Below, piece after piece: positions 23,862-36,808 of a DNA stretch of 64,000 nt (position 1 is the stretch's first letter; the number at the start of each line of letters is the position of its first letter). The position numbers and the translations under genes are program-made. The DNA is from Podarcis melisellensis (Eukaryota), in the NCBI GenBank assembly GCA_964234715.1, contig OZ174280.1. One strand, given 5' to 3'. The notes beneath the pieces are model-generated. The model saw only the letters and a list, made by a program, of their open reading frames with translations. It was not told the DNA's origin and ran no database searches.

Positions 23862-26800
23862 TATGTTTTCCAGGAACTCCCAGCTGGGTGAGTGCTTATG
23901 AGGCTGTTAGCCTGCCAGGACCCAAAATCCCACATGCAAGCCCATTTATAATTGGGCTCTTGTTTTCATAGATCATTGTGACAAGATCCATTTTTTTTCT
24001 GGAGTGTGGTACAAAAGAGGACCATGGACAGCATTAGCTACAATAGTATCAGGGCTGGTGGGGGGTGCTGAGTGTTCTCACTCTTATAGGGGGCTTCAAT
24101 CACACTTTAAAGAACACACTATCTCTTAAAAGTGGTCATTAGATACAATTCTGACTTGCAACCTTCCAATCCCTCTCTCTCAAATTCCAGTTTAAAGTAA
24201 ACATCAGCTGCATTTACCATGATTAAGTAGCTATTAAGGAAGGAACTAATTTTGGTATATGGATTTTTCTTAGGGATTCTGCTGCCTTGTACCCCTGTCT
24301 GAACCATTCATCTTTGTTAAGTCCAGGGCAGGCTGAGTAACAGGAGAGGATTTTCCCACTAGCGCAGAGAGAAGTCGTACTGAAGCAATACTCACTCAGA
24401 AAGTTGGAAAATAAAGAAATAACCGTTTATTGTTTTTTGTCCTTGTCACTACTGGAGAAAATTTGAACTTTCAGGCCTAGCAAGCAATTTGATACCACAG
24501 GCACTCTGTTAGGGCCATGGCAGTGTGGTGTGGAAGAAGAAATCTAGAATAGTAGGTAGATGATTCAGGAGCAGTCTTGTGTATCTAAGCTGAATAGTGG
24601 AAGAGCAATATAGTGCTGAGATGTGGGGGGTATACTGAGACATTGAGAAGGCATTCTGCATCACAACACAGATCACAGTTTTTCCTCTCCCAGACAACTC
24701 AGCCTAATCCTGTGAGTTCCTGTGAGCCCTGTGGTTCAAGAACGCAACTAATTGAACTGGGTTTGCAGCTGGCTGAAGCAGCAAGAAGGAAAGGGGAAGC
24801 AGTTTGGATCAGCCCTTGAGGCTATTTGTGTGCTCATTAATTTGGGTAGAATGGCATGTTACGTTTCTCACACAAACCTAGCCGCAAAACCGCTGCATAA
24901 AGGACATGCTCAAAGCCATAGGTAATGCAGAGGTCTGCATACTTAATACTTCAGCCACAGGGATGGAACAGCGTTAGGAGTACCTGCTCAGGGCAAAACC
25001 TAGCTCATAGGCCAAATAAGAAACACTACAGTTCCTAGCCTCAACTTCAGGACCTCAGGGGTAGTAGTAGAGAAAGTGTGGTCAAGCACTGTGCCAGCAG
25101 CCTGCAGAGGGTGTAGCTGTGCTAAAATTGGGAGCGGAAAAAGGATTTGCCTAGCAAAACAGCTGCCTGGTGCTGCCAGTGCTGGTTATGAGCCCTTGTG
25201 GATCTCAAGTCAGTGTGTCATTCTCCATGTGACTTGCACAGACCGTAAGGAGTGGAAGTGGCTAGCTCATTTTTGCTCTTGATAGGTCTGGATGTCAAAC
25301 CACAGAGAGAGCATCTTTAGCTCCTACAGCACACTGAACCTTGGAGAGAATTTACAGCCAGGGATTAATAGAATTAAATAAGCACAATCACGCTAGCATG
25401 TTAATTATTTATCTACACTTGCTGTGCTAGAGCAATGCTTGTATTTGAGCTCCTCCTGTTGGACTGTTGCCTGTACTGCAGACAGGCTGTGCCCACAAGA
25501 TACTCAAAGCAGGTGGTCTGCCAGACTGTGGATAAATATTAGGCAATTTTGAGGTGGGGCCAGTCTTCCTCCTCGGCTCAGTGAGTGAGCAAGTGAGATT
25601 CCTTCTGTCACTGACTAGCGAGCTGGAGTGCTTCCTCCTTCTCCTCCCCACACACAGTCGCATGCAAATAGGAAGCAGATGCTGTGTGTTGTGCAGTAAG
25701 TGAATTAGCTAGAGCTCTTTTCCTTATATCTGTCAATGAGATGAGAAGACTAGTTGGCCTAGTCCCAACATGGATGGTTGGCCTACTCCCAACATTTCCA
25801 GGCATTTCATTCTCTGATCAGTTAATGGAGACCAGGTAAACTTTTGCCATCTACAAAAACAGTATCTACACTGAATTATTGGACTGTTGTGAAGAGCTGT
25901 TAACCTATCCCTGTCTCACTTTAATCATGTCAGCATAGTTAGTAGGTGGTGGCTGCAATGCTCCAAATAGATCAAAGAGGGCAAAACTACAGGCCATGGA
26001 GCAAGTCCCTCTGTATATGTGTTGTTGTAAAAAGAGGGTGTCCTGTTTCACTCTGAATCATTTCCTTATACACCTTAGAGACTCCTAATGGTTGTAGATT
26101 TTGTCTCTTGCTTCAACTAATAATTGTCCTAACATCTCCATTGCAGAACCAGAAATATCACCCAGCATTTTTGGCATTCAGCATTTCCTTCCCCTAATTC
26201 TATCCTGCTGGATAGATTTACGACTCCCAGACTGCCATGCACCCTTCCTTATTTGGGAAGCCACAAAGAAGTCAGTTACTGAAGAAGCCCTGCAGATTCT
26301 GCTTAGCAACCACCTGCTAAGGCAATATGTTCATTGTTGCCCCTTGAAATGATAATGAAAGACTAGCAAATGCTTCCAAGCATCTGAGCTGCATCTTTTC
26401 CAACTCTTCCTTTCCAACCATCTGCCGTAGCATTAGAACCTATCAGACACTCTAGCAAGGTGCAGATATTTAGTTGTATGGTGATGGTTACAGCTAGAAA
26501 AGAGCAGTGTGGCTTGTTCCTCACTGTATCGCCTTTCCCCTCTCCAAGTATCCTGCCATGCCTCCCACTTCCAAAATCCTCCTTGGCCATCTGAGCACAG
26601 AACAAAGACCCCACTGGGGTTTGCTAAGAGACTGCCTGTCACTTTAAGAGCTCAAAGCAAGTATGACAGCAAGTGTGCAGTAGCAACATCTCCTGCCCTG
26701 CTAATTAATTTTCTCACCCTTCTCTCGTCTCCTGTAGCAAGCAGGGTGCAAGTAAGGGAAGAGATCATTGGAGCAGGAGGTACATAACTGCATACTCAGT

Positions 26801-28140
26801 CACTGCCATCAAGCTCCTGTGGCAGTGAGGGATTTCTGGAGGGTGAGCTCCTCAGTTATCCCCAGTTGCTTTCCTTCCAGGCATTCATTGGGTCCATCAA
26901 AACTACATGCAAGTTCCCATGGCCGTATCTGCATACTGTGCTGCAATATGTCCTAGAAGTTGGAGGTTTTCAGTGACAGACGTGACTCTGCAATTTGACA
27001 CATTGCCAGTGATTGATTCAGAAGCCATTCTTTTCCCATTTAAGAAGTTTTTTTTTATTGGTCAATGGCTGTGTTAACATGGGTGCTGCCATCATTAATA
27101 CACTGGTAGTGCACTAATGCACTAGCTTGCTATGGTTATGCTAGAGCACTGCCTGGAGTTCAGGGTTTAGGAATCATAACCTCTTGATGGGCACAGCAAA
27201 CATGCTGGAACCAAACCACGTAGCTAGCAAGGTTTGCATCATCCCAGCCTGCTAAAAAAGTAGAGACATTGCCAACTTCTTCTCTAGCTGTGCTCCTGCA
27301 CCTTTAACAAAAGGAATATTATCCTTTTAGTCGTTGGACCTGCCAAGAAAAGCTTCACCTGCTGAATTTCTGCTGGCCATACAGGACATCTTCCAGGAAA
27401 AAAGTTGACAACTCTTTATTCAAATTGGTGTCTGTCCCCCTCCCTGCCTGAAAAATCCCACCCCATACATACACGCTGCTGTTGCTGTCTTAGATTGGGT
27501 AATATGAGGTTCTTGTTGGGCCCAAATTTCAAGAGTGAATGTGCACATCCCAGTACTGCAAAGCTGTTTTGCCCGTGGACAGATGAGAGGAGTTAGGTAA
27601 CAATGGGATGAGCCCTTTACTTGGTGTGGCCCATCTGAAAAAACTGCTTGATGGGTTTCAGCTGCATTTGGGGCACCTCTCTTTCCCTGCCTTATTTACT
27701 CATTTGCCCGCCATTAAGGGGGAAACAGGTGCACATTAATTCATCAGCAGAGTTTAAATTAAATCATTTCACTTCTAAACAAGTCACTCATTTGCAGGCA
27801 TATTTAATTAGCACTTCTTCGCTGCCAGGTGGATGCTACTTTTCTCACCTGTTTGCCCTCTTATGGGGTCGTTGGTGATAGAACATGGGAGATTTTTCAC
27901 CTCCGCATTGCAGAGCAGGACAAATGCTGTAGTGCTACTGCTGATGCTACACTCTGGGGGATTGGGTGAAGCTATGCCATCCTCGCCTTTATCTTCCATG
28001 TCATTGCAGCCATCTCAGTGTGACTCTGACTGAGCGGAGGTGTGTTTTGTGCTTCAGTCTCTACCCTTAGGGCAAGGCCTCCTGGAGGGTTCTGAAGGAG
28101 GCTTTTCTGCACAGAGGTTCTACACAGTCTAAAGTGATGT

Positions 28141-28530
28141 GGCCCACTTTATATCCCAGTATAGGACCACATATGGCTCACAGAATGAATTAAAACAAAT
28201 GTGGCTTAAAGACACACAAGCAATATAATATTTTTTTAAAAAAAATAAGTATATTAAAAAGAGCACCAAAACAATTTAAAACCAAAAGAGCACCAAAACA
28301 ATTTAAAAGCACACACAAAAAGAAAAATGTGTGGAATGCCCACCTTCAGAATACACTGCCACTGCAGCCAGTAAATGACCAAAGGCCTGTCTAGACAAAA
28401 AAGTATTTGCCTGCCAGCTAAAGGAAAGCTGGGTGGGGGGCAGCCTAACCTACTGTGGAAGAGATTTCCACAATCTTGGAACAACCACCGAGAAGGCCCT
28501 CTCTTGTGTCCTCACCAAATGCACCTGTGA
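28141..28530 (-). mobile_element. Degenerate L2 3' fragment
   Basis: ttccacaatcttggaacaaccaccgagaaggccctctc matches about 12638-12675; contains a local duplication of aaaagagcaccaaaacaatttaaaa. Confidence 0.6.
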
Positions 28531-28579
28531 AAGTGCACTACTGCCCATTCATCACTTTGTATCTTACCAGTGCAATGGT

Positions 28580-28580
<1 letters not shown>

Positions 28581-28667
<87 letters not shown>
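28581..28667. repeat. Compound (GT)n(GA)n microsatellite
   Basis: Direct read. Confidence 0.95.
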
Positions 28668-28671
<4 letters not shown>

Positions 28672-30542
28672 CATCTTCCTACTTGTTTGCTGAGGGTATT
28701 ACCATATTTATTGAAATGTGGCCTGAAATATAATATTAGGCTTGGGATGGGCTATATTTGCTATGCTTGTCTTGAGCTGTAAAAAAATCCTGCCAAGAAA
28801 CAAATGCTTCCCTACCATTGATTTATTGCAAAGAGAGGATAGTTTACAAAAAACACAAATGGAATTCCTCTCTGCTGGGGGAAAACAAAAGACATCTGGG
28901 TGCCAAATGGTCAGGTCCAGGTAGCTATGGACCAGAAACCTGGCTTGTTTCTGTTATGTGTGACATGTGCTTAGTGTGACTTGAGCCCTAGCCTTGAGCT
29001 GCAGAGAGCTGGGCTGTGTCTACTCCTGCCACTTTGCACTGCACTGCCTGCTTATTACTCTGATAATAGAAGATTATAGGGTTCCTGTTGGAAACGTCTA
29101 TTTACATCCTGCATTTCCCAAACCACCTATTAGCAGTGCTGTGATGTCATATCCTCCCTGCTGAGACAGTGGAAATCTCTTTTGTGTGCTGCATTGCTCT
29201 TCTTTGAAAGGAATACCCATTGCCACTGAACCTAACATGGGATGCTGTTTTCCTGAAAGGCCTGTGCAATTTCTTGGACTTAAACCTGTCATTCCTCCAA
29301 GTGAACCAGCCCGTGTGCGTTTTTGTTTATGACTGCCTCAGCCTGTTGCCCCTGTAATGCAGTGGGAGAAAAGCCCTTAGACAAGTAAACTTCCCAGCAG
29401 TGGTTGGGAGGAGTCAGACTAGGAGAAGTGCCAACACTACCTATACTGAGCTGCTTCGACTTTGTTGCTCATGTGCATTCTACTATTCTATAAGGTGCTT
29501 GCTCTGGTTTTGCCCAGACAGTTTTGTCTGCCATGCTGTGCCCGTGGGAAACTGAAAAAGCAGCTCTCTGTCCATTGCAGTCTGCATCATGTAGGACTGT
29601 TACCTAAATTGCCATGTCAGGCATGAAACAGATCGCATGCCAAGTGTTAACTGGATATCACAATCGGGTGTTTTAAGTTTTGCAGGAGAGCAGGCAGTAG
29701 TTGCCGACCTAGTCCTGCCAACTACACTGAGAATTGTGGCAAAAACATTGATCAAAGCAGACCAGTGCATTGGATACATATGCTTGGATGGGCACAGCTT
29801 CTCCAGCATTTGCTCCATGAACCCATGTTGAAGATGCAGGTGTGAGTTCTCAGCCACTCAAAAATGAAGGAACTTGTACATAGAATTATAGAGTATGATC
29901 CAGCTGAGAGAGATTTCTCTGGCTGAGCCCACGTAAGAGGAACCAACTGCTAAAGTTCCTATTTAAATTCCACCTGAGTGCTTCTCCACAACCTGTTTCC
30001 CGTAGAAGGCAGGAAAGGAACATTTACTCTGCAGTCCTGTACTTCTGTAGGACGACGTAGGGTTGAATGGTGTTTTTCCTTCCTTTCATTGTTCTTTAGT
30101 TTTCTGGCAGTTGCACATTTGACTTACTGTAAAAAAAACCTCCCTTTTTACTAGTAGCTCTGGTTAGCCTGACACAGTAGATATCACTGTGGCATGAAGT
30201 GGGGAGAGGATTTAAGCGTTCAGGGATTTGGGTCTGGTTTAAAGGCCAAATTTATATGGTGATCTGCAAAAGGGTCTAGGTACCAGGGTGGTTGTATCTT
30301 TGCTGCAGAGTACTGTTGAAAGGAATTTGCAGGATTGAAACAACAATTGGAATAAATGATTAACTCTTAATCCACCCACAGAGCACGTTCCGAGATGCTT
30401 TATTCCCAGATGATTATTTGCCACATCAAGTGGTGGGAAAGCAGCTGGAGAGGTTGCAAGGAAAAGGTTGATTATATACACACCATTTCCTCCCTACATA
30501 TCATGCCTCACTGGTGTGCAGAGGAGAAAGAGAGACTTGCAT

Positions 30543-30800
30543 TAGAATCATAGAGTTGGAAGAGATCTTTGAGATCATCTCATCTAGCCTGCTGAATGCA
30601 CAATTTATAATGCATGATTAAACTACAGCACTTCTGACAGACCTACTGAAATACCTCCAGCAAAGGAGAGCCCATCACCTTCCAAGGCTCTCTGTTCACT
30701 GTCAAAACAGTTCTTACCATTAGCAAGTGTCTCCTAATATTTGGTCAAAAAATGCTCCCTTGCAATTTTCATACAATGGTTCCAATCCTGCCATCTGGAG
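30543..30800 (-). mobile_element. Old CR1 3' fragment
   Basis: agaatcatagagttggaagaga... tail and ggagagcccatcacct...gttcttacc, typical reverse-strand CR1 end. Confidence 0.55.
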
Positions 30801-31414
30801 CAACACAGACTCATCCTAGATGCACAGACTCATCCTAGATGCAAACAACACTGTTCATGCCTAAGAGAGAATATATCTACTATACATGTTTGCTTCTGTC
30901 CTCTAGCTTATTTTTAAAGATGTTTCAGTATTTTGCCCAATAATGCCTCTAAGACAGTTGGGAGTTTATTTTTTCACTGGGCACAGATTTGCAGAGATGT
31001 TGCACATCAGAGGATTTACTCATGAGACAACTTTCACCAACTCAAGATGAATCACTGTTTTTGACTTTTAGAGAATTCACACAGTGCAAAAAGTATTTAA
31101 TTGCTGCATTGATTGTAAAGGGCCAGTTCAATTTTTGGGGTTGACTTTCAAGATAGGCAAGGCTCCCCCCCCTTTTTTTGTCTGCCCAGACTGAATGTGC
31201 CGATGGCAAATCAATCTGAAAGCTGATTCACAATATCTTGTATGTGAAACTTTCTTTCCATACTGTTTCACATTCTAGGGTGGCTGGTGTTTATTTCAGA
31301 GTTGAAAGGTATACATGCACACAGAAGTGTGAAAGCTTGTAATCGTGCCATGAATTGAGAGAGACAGAAAGAACTTGTGTTTTAGCACTCCTTTTCTCCT
31401 CTTCTTTGTTGCAG

Positions 31415-31538
31415 TCGATTGATCCCGGGCAGCAGTTCACCTGGGAGAACTCCAACCTGGAAGTGAACAAACCAAAGAACCGCTATGCAAACGTGATTGC
31501 CTATGACCATTCACGTGTCATTCTGACCTCCATTGATG
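31415..31538 (+). CDS. PTPRF: Exon, PTP D1 KNRY loop ([41 protein letters not shown])
   Basis: ttgcAG / GTAAGT; 124 nt, phase 0 to 1. Confidence 0.96.
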
Positions 31539-31956
31539 GTAAGTGTTGTTAGCAGCACCTCATGCTAACAAAATTCTCAGTGCATCAGACCTGAGGTTCA
31601 AATCCCCGTTTCATGTGATGTCAAGTAACTGTACCATGTTCCAGCTGGCAGAATAACTTAGAGGGTATCATTCTAGTGGACTCAGTGACCCAAAGAGTTC
31701 ATGGTTTCCTTACTGGGTTTTTTTCACTGAATCACATTCTGAGAACCCATGCAAATCAGCCTTTAAACACATTACCATTCTAAAAACTTTTAAGGAAACA
31801 GAACTCAAGCAGCCTGTCTCTGTCAGCAGTCATAATCTAGAGTCACATCTGGGCAGCTTTTGTAGGCATTGATGGTTGGAAGGGGGTACACTTGGGTCTT
31901 GGTACTCCTCCAAATCTGCTACTTAATAAAGGTTGAAGACAGACAACAGCTTCTTC

Positions 31957-32480
31957 AGAGAACATAACAAAAGCCTGCTGGATCTAGCCAATGCCCCATC
32001 TAGTTCAGCATCCTGTTTCACAGTGACCAACGGGAAGTCCACAGGCAGGATTCAAGCACAAGAGCCCTTTCCCTTCCTGTGGTTTCCAGCAACTGATATT
32101 CAGAAGCATTACTGCTTCCAACTGTGGAGACAGAGCATAGCCATTGCTGGTAGTAGCCATTGATAGCCCTCTCCTCCATGAATTTGTCTAATCTTTTAAA
32201 ACCATTCAGGTTGGTGGCCATCGCTACCTCCTAGGGGAGAGCTTTCCATAGTTTAACTGTGTGCTTTGTGAACAAGTTCTTTCTTTCTTTCATGTGTCCT
32301 GAATCTTCCAACATTCAGCTTCATTGGATGTCTGCAGCTTCTGGTGTTATGAGACAAGAAGAAAATCTTCTCTATCCCCTTCCTCCATATCATGCATACT
32401 TTTATAAAGTTCTATCATGTCACCTCTTACTCTCCTTTTCTCTAAACTAAAAAATGTAAAATGCTGCAAGCTTTCTTGAA
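31957..32480 (-). mobile_element. CR1 LINE 3' fragment
   Basis: Minus ORF 32018..32221 (ATNLNGFKRLDKFMEERAINGY) is a CR1 ORF2 C-terminus; 3'UTR ends at agaacataac. Confidence 0.75.
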
Positions 32481-33113
32481 AGGTTGAAAGAGTTATCTCT
32501 GCTTCCCCCTCCCCCTTTGTATGGTTTACTCCTTCCTGTTCAGCTCTGGTAAACAGGTTTGCAGGGTTTTGTCCAGTTTCAGAATTGGAAAACCCATTTT
32601 ATCACTGAAAATTGGGCAGAAGTAAACTGTGCTCCAGGGGTCGAGAACATTTGCAGACTACAGGTTGTATTCTCCCCTGGACAACCTTTCAGGGAACACA
32701 TGCCAGTACTGGGTGGCAGCTGAAGCAAAAATGGCAGAGCAGCAAATGCTAATGTTTTACCTTTTGTACAGCTGGCTAGTTACACACATCCCTTTTTATC
32801 CTCCACCCAGGCATGTGTAAGGCATTATCAGAGTTCCATGACACATTCCAGCCAGGCAAAAACACTCAAAGAGAGTGTGATGCAGGGTCAGTGAGGGGCA
32901 TGCCTGGGGAGGGTGTACTTGACCAGATGGAGAGGTATGGGGGGCTGTGTTTGGCCCCCAGTCCAGAGGTCCCCCACCCCCAGAGTACATCATAGGAAGC
33001 CTCTCCCCAACCACTTTCACATCTCTTAACAACTATTCCCTGTAGTACAGTCTGTTTCCACTACCAGCATGGTCCAGGATTCTGGCTACCACCTTGTCTT
33101 CTCAACCCCCTGA

Positions 33114-33353
<240 letters not shown>

Positions 33354-35177
33354 TAAGTCAGAGAAATGTGGTGCATGTTGATTCTGTGCGTGCAGTGCAG
33401 CTGAGATTAGTAGCAGCCTTATATGGTACTGTGACATGGGGCAAGGGGTCCTAAGTGCAGGCCTCTGAGGAAAATAGAATATAACATTATAGACAAATAT
33501 GGTACTAGGATTTTAATGCCAGCCTGATCATCAAGCATAGCCTCCCCACCTTGACCAGTTCTAGAAATCCATAACTGAATAGTTTTTATATCAGATTCCA
33601 ACGGCCTAAATGAGCGATGTGACATGGGGGAATGGTATTTTCTATGGCTGTTTCACAGTCTGATGGAGTTTTTGCTTCATCAGTGAATCATGGTGGGAAT
33701 CTTATCCCATAGAGCTACATACAAAGAATAAAAACTCAGCATGGCTTCCTGTGTGAAACATTGGCTTGGGAGGCAGGGCTGTGGAGCTCCTCTCCAGCCT
33801 TATGCTCAAAGGCATAATGCAGATGTTCAAAGGCATTCAAAGTGGGAGGAAGGAATCGGAACCGTTGTGGCAAGTCCCCATCACCTTGCTGGACCCAACT
33901 TCCATTCATTAGAGGACAAGTTTCTATACAAGCAACAACTCTTCATTTATGTTTGATGTATTGCACACGACCAACACGTACAAGCAGTGCTGGGAACCCA
34001 GAAAATGAACCTGGAAATATGGAGCTCCCTTGACAGTCCTCCTGGCTCATGAGGAGACCTTCCCCAGAGCCCAAAGAGGACCTCAATGTGAGCTGGAGGG
34101 GCACCAGGGCTTGCTCAGCTGATGCATGGGGAAGCAGCAACAGTGATTGTGCCACCCCACGTCAGCTGTTTGGCAGGGAGGTTGAGCAACTCAGTAAAGC
34201 CCCACTGCCCCTCCAGCTCGCAAGGAAACCCTCTTTGGTGGGTCTAGGGTGAGTCTCCATGCAAGCCACTAGGATTCTCCAAGTTGCTCCCCATTTTACA
34301 CAATTTTATGTATGCATGCAGGGGCCCAGAATGTAGCTACCACATAAATGGAGAGTTGCTTTTTAGTATGATATGTGCTGGCAAAGGGGGCAGGGGAGGC
34401 TCTTCATGCATAGGCTATTGTGCAGATGTGTCCTCCAACACATGGAGGTCAGACACAACAAATAGTGAGATCTGATTTCAATCCCTATCCCCATGTTTAC
34501 TCTTTGAATGTGCACAGGGATTTCTGAAGGGTTCTTTCACCCCCATATAGCTGTGCCCTTCCCAGTTGCCTGGGTGTCACTGAGCTTAAGATGCATGTAT
34601 TTAAAGATATCCTCAGAGACATGGATTTCAGTGTGGAGAACCTTGGGCGGAGGGTTCCCCAGAAAGTACCATCTTTTGTAGTGAACATTTATGCTCACAG
34701 AATATTTTATGTTTCCATGCCAACCACAGGGCAGGGAGATGTGCACTTGGACTGTGGTTTACTCGTCTCTTTAGTCAAATAGACTTGAGTCGGGAGATTG
34801 GAAATGGGGAATTTGCAGAGAGAGGGAAGTAGCTGAATGAAGGGGGGTGATGTATGTGGAGGGAGAAAAGACAAACGCAGGCATGTATCCTTCCTTGCTT
34901 TGCTGAGTTTTATTGCTGAAAGCAGAACACCGGTGCTTTGTGTGATAAGAGGACAACAGAACTGAGTTACAGAGAGTGCAATAGGGACCAGCCTATGCTC
35001 CATCCTAGGCAAAAAGGAATCAACCCCAGATTCTTGTCGGTATTGATGGATGGTGTGTGGGGGGGTACCTGTTAAGTGTATCTCCCCCTGCCCCCTTAAG
35101 CATTCAGTCAGCAGTGTGAAAGTAGCCTCCTTCATCGTGGATTTGCACAGCTGTTGCTAAGTCTTTGCCAGTGCCTA

Positions 35178-35730
35178 ATAAGAAATGCTAGGCTGGATCA
35201 GACCAGTGGTCCATATAGTTGACTTCCTGACACTGCCCCCACCCCCAAATATAATAGACATTTTTACAAATTAGGAATGAGAATGAGAATATGTTCTCTG
35301 TTGCTATTCTCCCACCATCTGACGTAGTGGCCATTTATGTTTCCTTCCCATATTTTATCTAGCCTGATTTGAAAACAATTTGTTCTAGCTGCATAACAGC
35401 ATTCTGCAGCGAAGTTAATCATGCATTCTGTAGCGAAGTTTGTTTAACTAAAAAAACATTCGTTTTAATTTCAATGAATAGCCTCAAGGTTTATGACAAT
35501 TTCCCCTTGTCATTCTTCCTATACCATTCTTGATCTCTAACCAGCCCCTCCTCAGTAATGTTTTCCCCCCAAAGCTAAATAACCCTCAAAACCGTTTTCC
35601 ACAAGGATTATTGACCTGTTGTATTTTCTTGTCCTTTTCTGTACCAGCTGCTGTCCTATAATGCCCCTTTTTTGTGGGGAGGGCAACCAGAGTGATACGC
35701 AGTCACACCAAATACTGCCATATACATAAA
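35178..35730 (-). mobile_element. Highly degenerate CR1 fragment
   Basis: ataagaa..gctggatcagaccagtggtccatatagt end and other CR1-like blocks. Confidence 0.45.
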
Positions 35731-36672
35731 ACGGATACAATAGGGAAAAAGAGGACAGGGGGTTGTTGCACTGTGTTCATTCTAGAAAAAAGCAGAGGTA
35801 GGGAATAGGTTGGTTCTGAAAGTGTTTGTGAACTTAAAGCTAACCTAGTTTTCTGGAGCAGGTAATGACTGCTGCAAACATACCAAAGTGGCAGCAACTT
35901 TGTGTGCCAAGCAACTTCGTGCATGAAGCAGTTCCCCACCACCACTCCAATGCAATTCTTCTCCTTCACGTTTGTCTTGAGAGAGCTAAAATTGTGAGAA
36001 TAGGTTGAGAGTTAGTTTGCACAAACAGTTTGCCAAGTAGACATGCCTCCATGTGCTTGCATTTAAGCAGCAGACACATTATTTGTCTATGGTTATTGAC
36101 TGGGCCATGGAACTCCAATACAGGCTTTTCAGTTTTAGAATAGTGCTTGCATTTAAGGTAAACATGAAATGACCCTTTTTTGTGTGTCAGAATAAATGAA
36201 TATCCAAAGTCCAGTTTGCTTTGTTTTGGGGCTGTCCAGCTATCAGAAGATGCTCCACAGAGTGTGTTTTTCCAAGATAACATGTTCTGTAAGGCCCTTT
36301 GGGCACTTGTCTCTCTCCTGCCTTGCTGCTTGTTGAGATGCACATTATCTCCTAGTAGCACACTTCCCCTCCTCCCCCTCCTAATTACTTCCTATGACAT
36401 GGAGGATGCAGTAGTACCCTCAAGGTGACATACTTCAGTGAGTTAGCATACCATCCAGCCAAGTATGGTGGGTAGGGAAGATTCACTGACACACTTGTTC
36501 CTCTGCATTGAACTGAGTTCATACCACTACTCTTTAGAAGCCTGCCTTACTACCAGTCACAGATATGATGCACCCACATCAAGGGAACCATCAATTAAAT
36601 AGTCATAGTAGCTTCAGGGTGGAATCAGACAAACAGGTACCTGATGGGTGGGAGTAAAAGATTGACCTAAAC

Positions 36673-36808
36673 CAGGCATAGGCAAACTTGGCCCTCCAAA
36701 TGTTTTGGGACTACAACTCCCATCATCCCTGACCACTGGTCCTGTTAGCCAGGGATGATGGGAGTTGTAGTCCCAAAACAACTGGAGGGCCAAGTTTGCC
36801 TATGTGTG
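36673..36808. mobile_element. Palindromic hAT (Charlie-like) MITE, 136 bp
   Basis: Near-complete foldback (caggcataggcaaacttggccctcca...tggagggccaagtttgcctatg); 8-bp target duplication ACCTAAAC/ATCTAAAC (7/8). Confidence 0.85.

Noticed and set aside
23325-23971. Cluster of overlapping 70-160 aa ORFs
   Set aside because: Result of the GC-rich, stop-poor MITE interior; no transposase motifs
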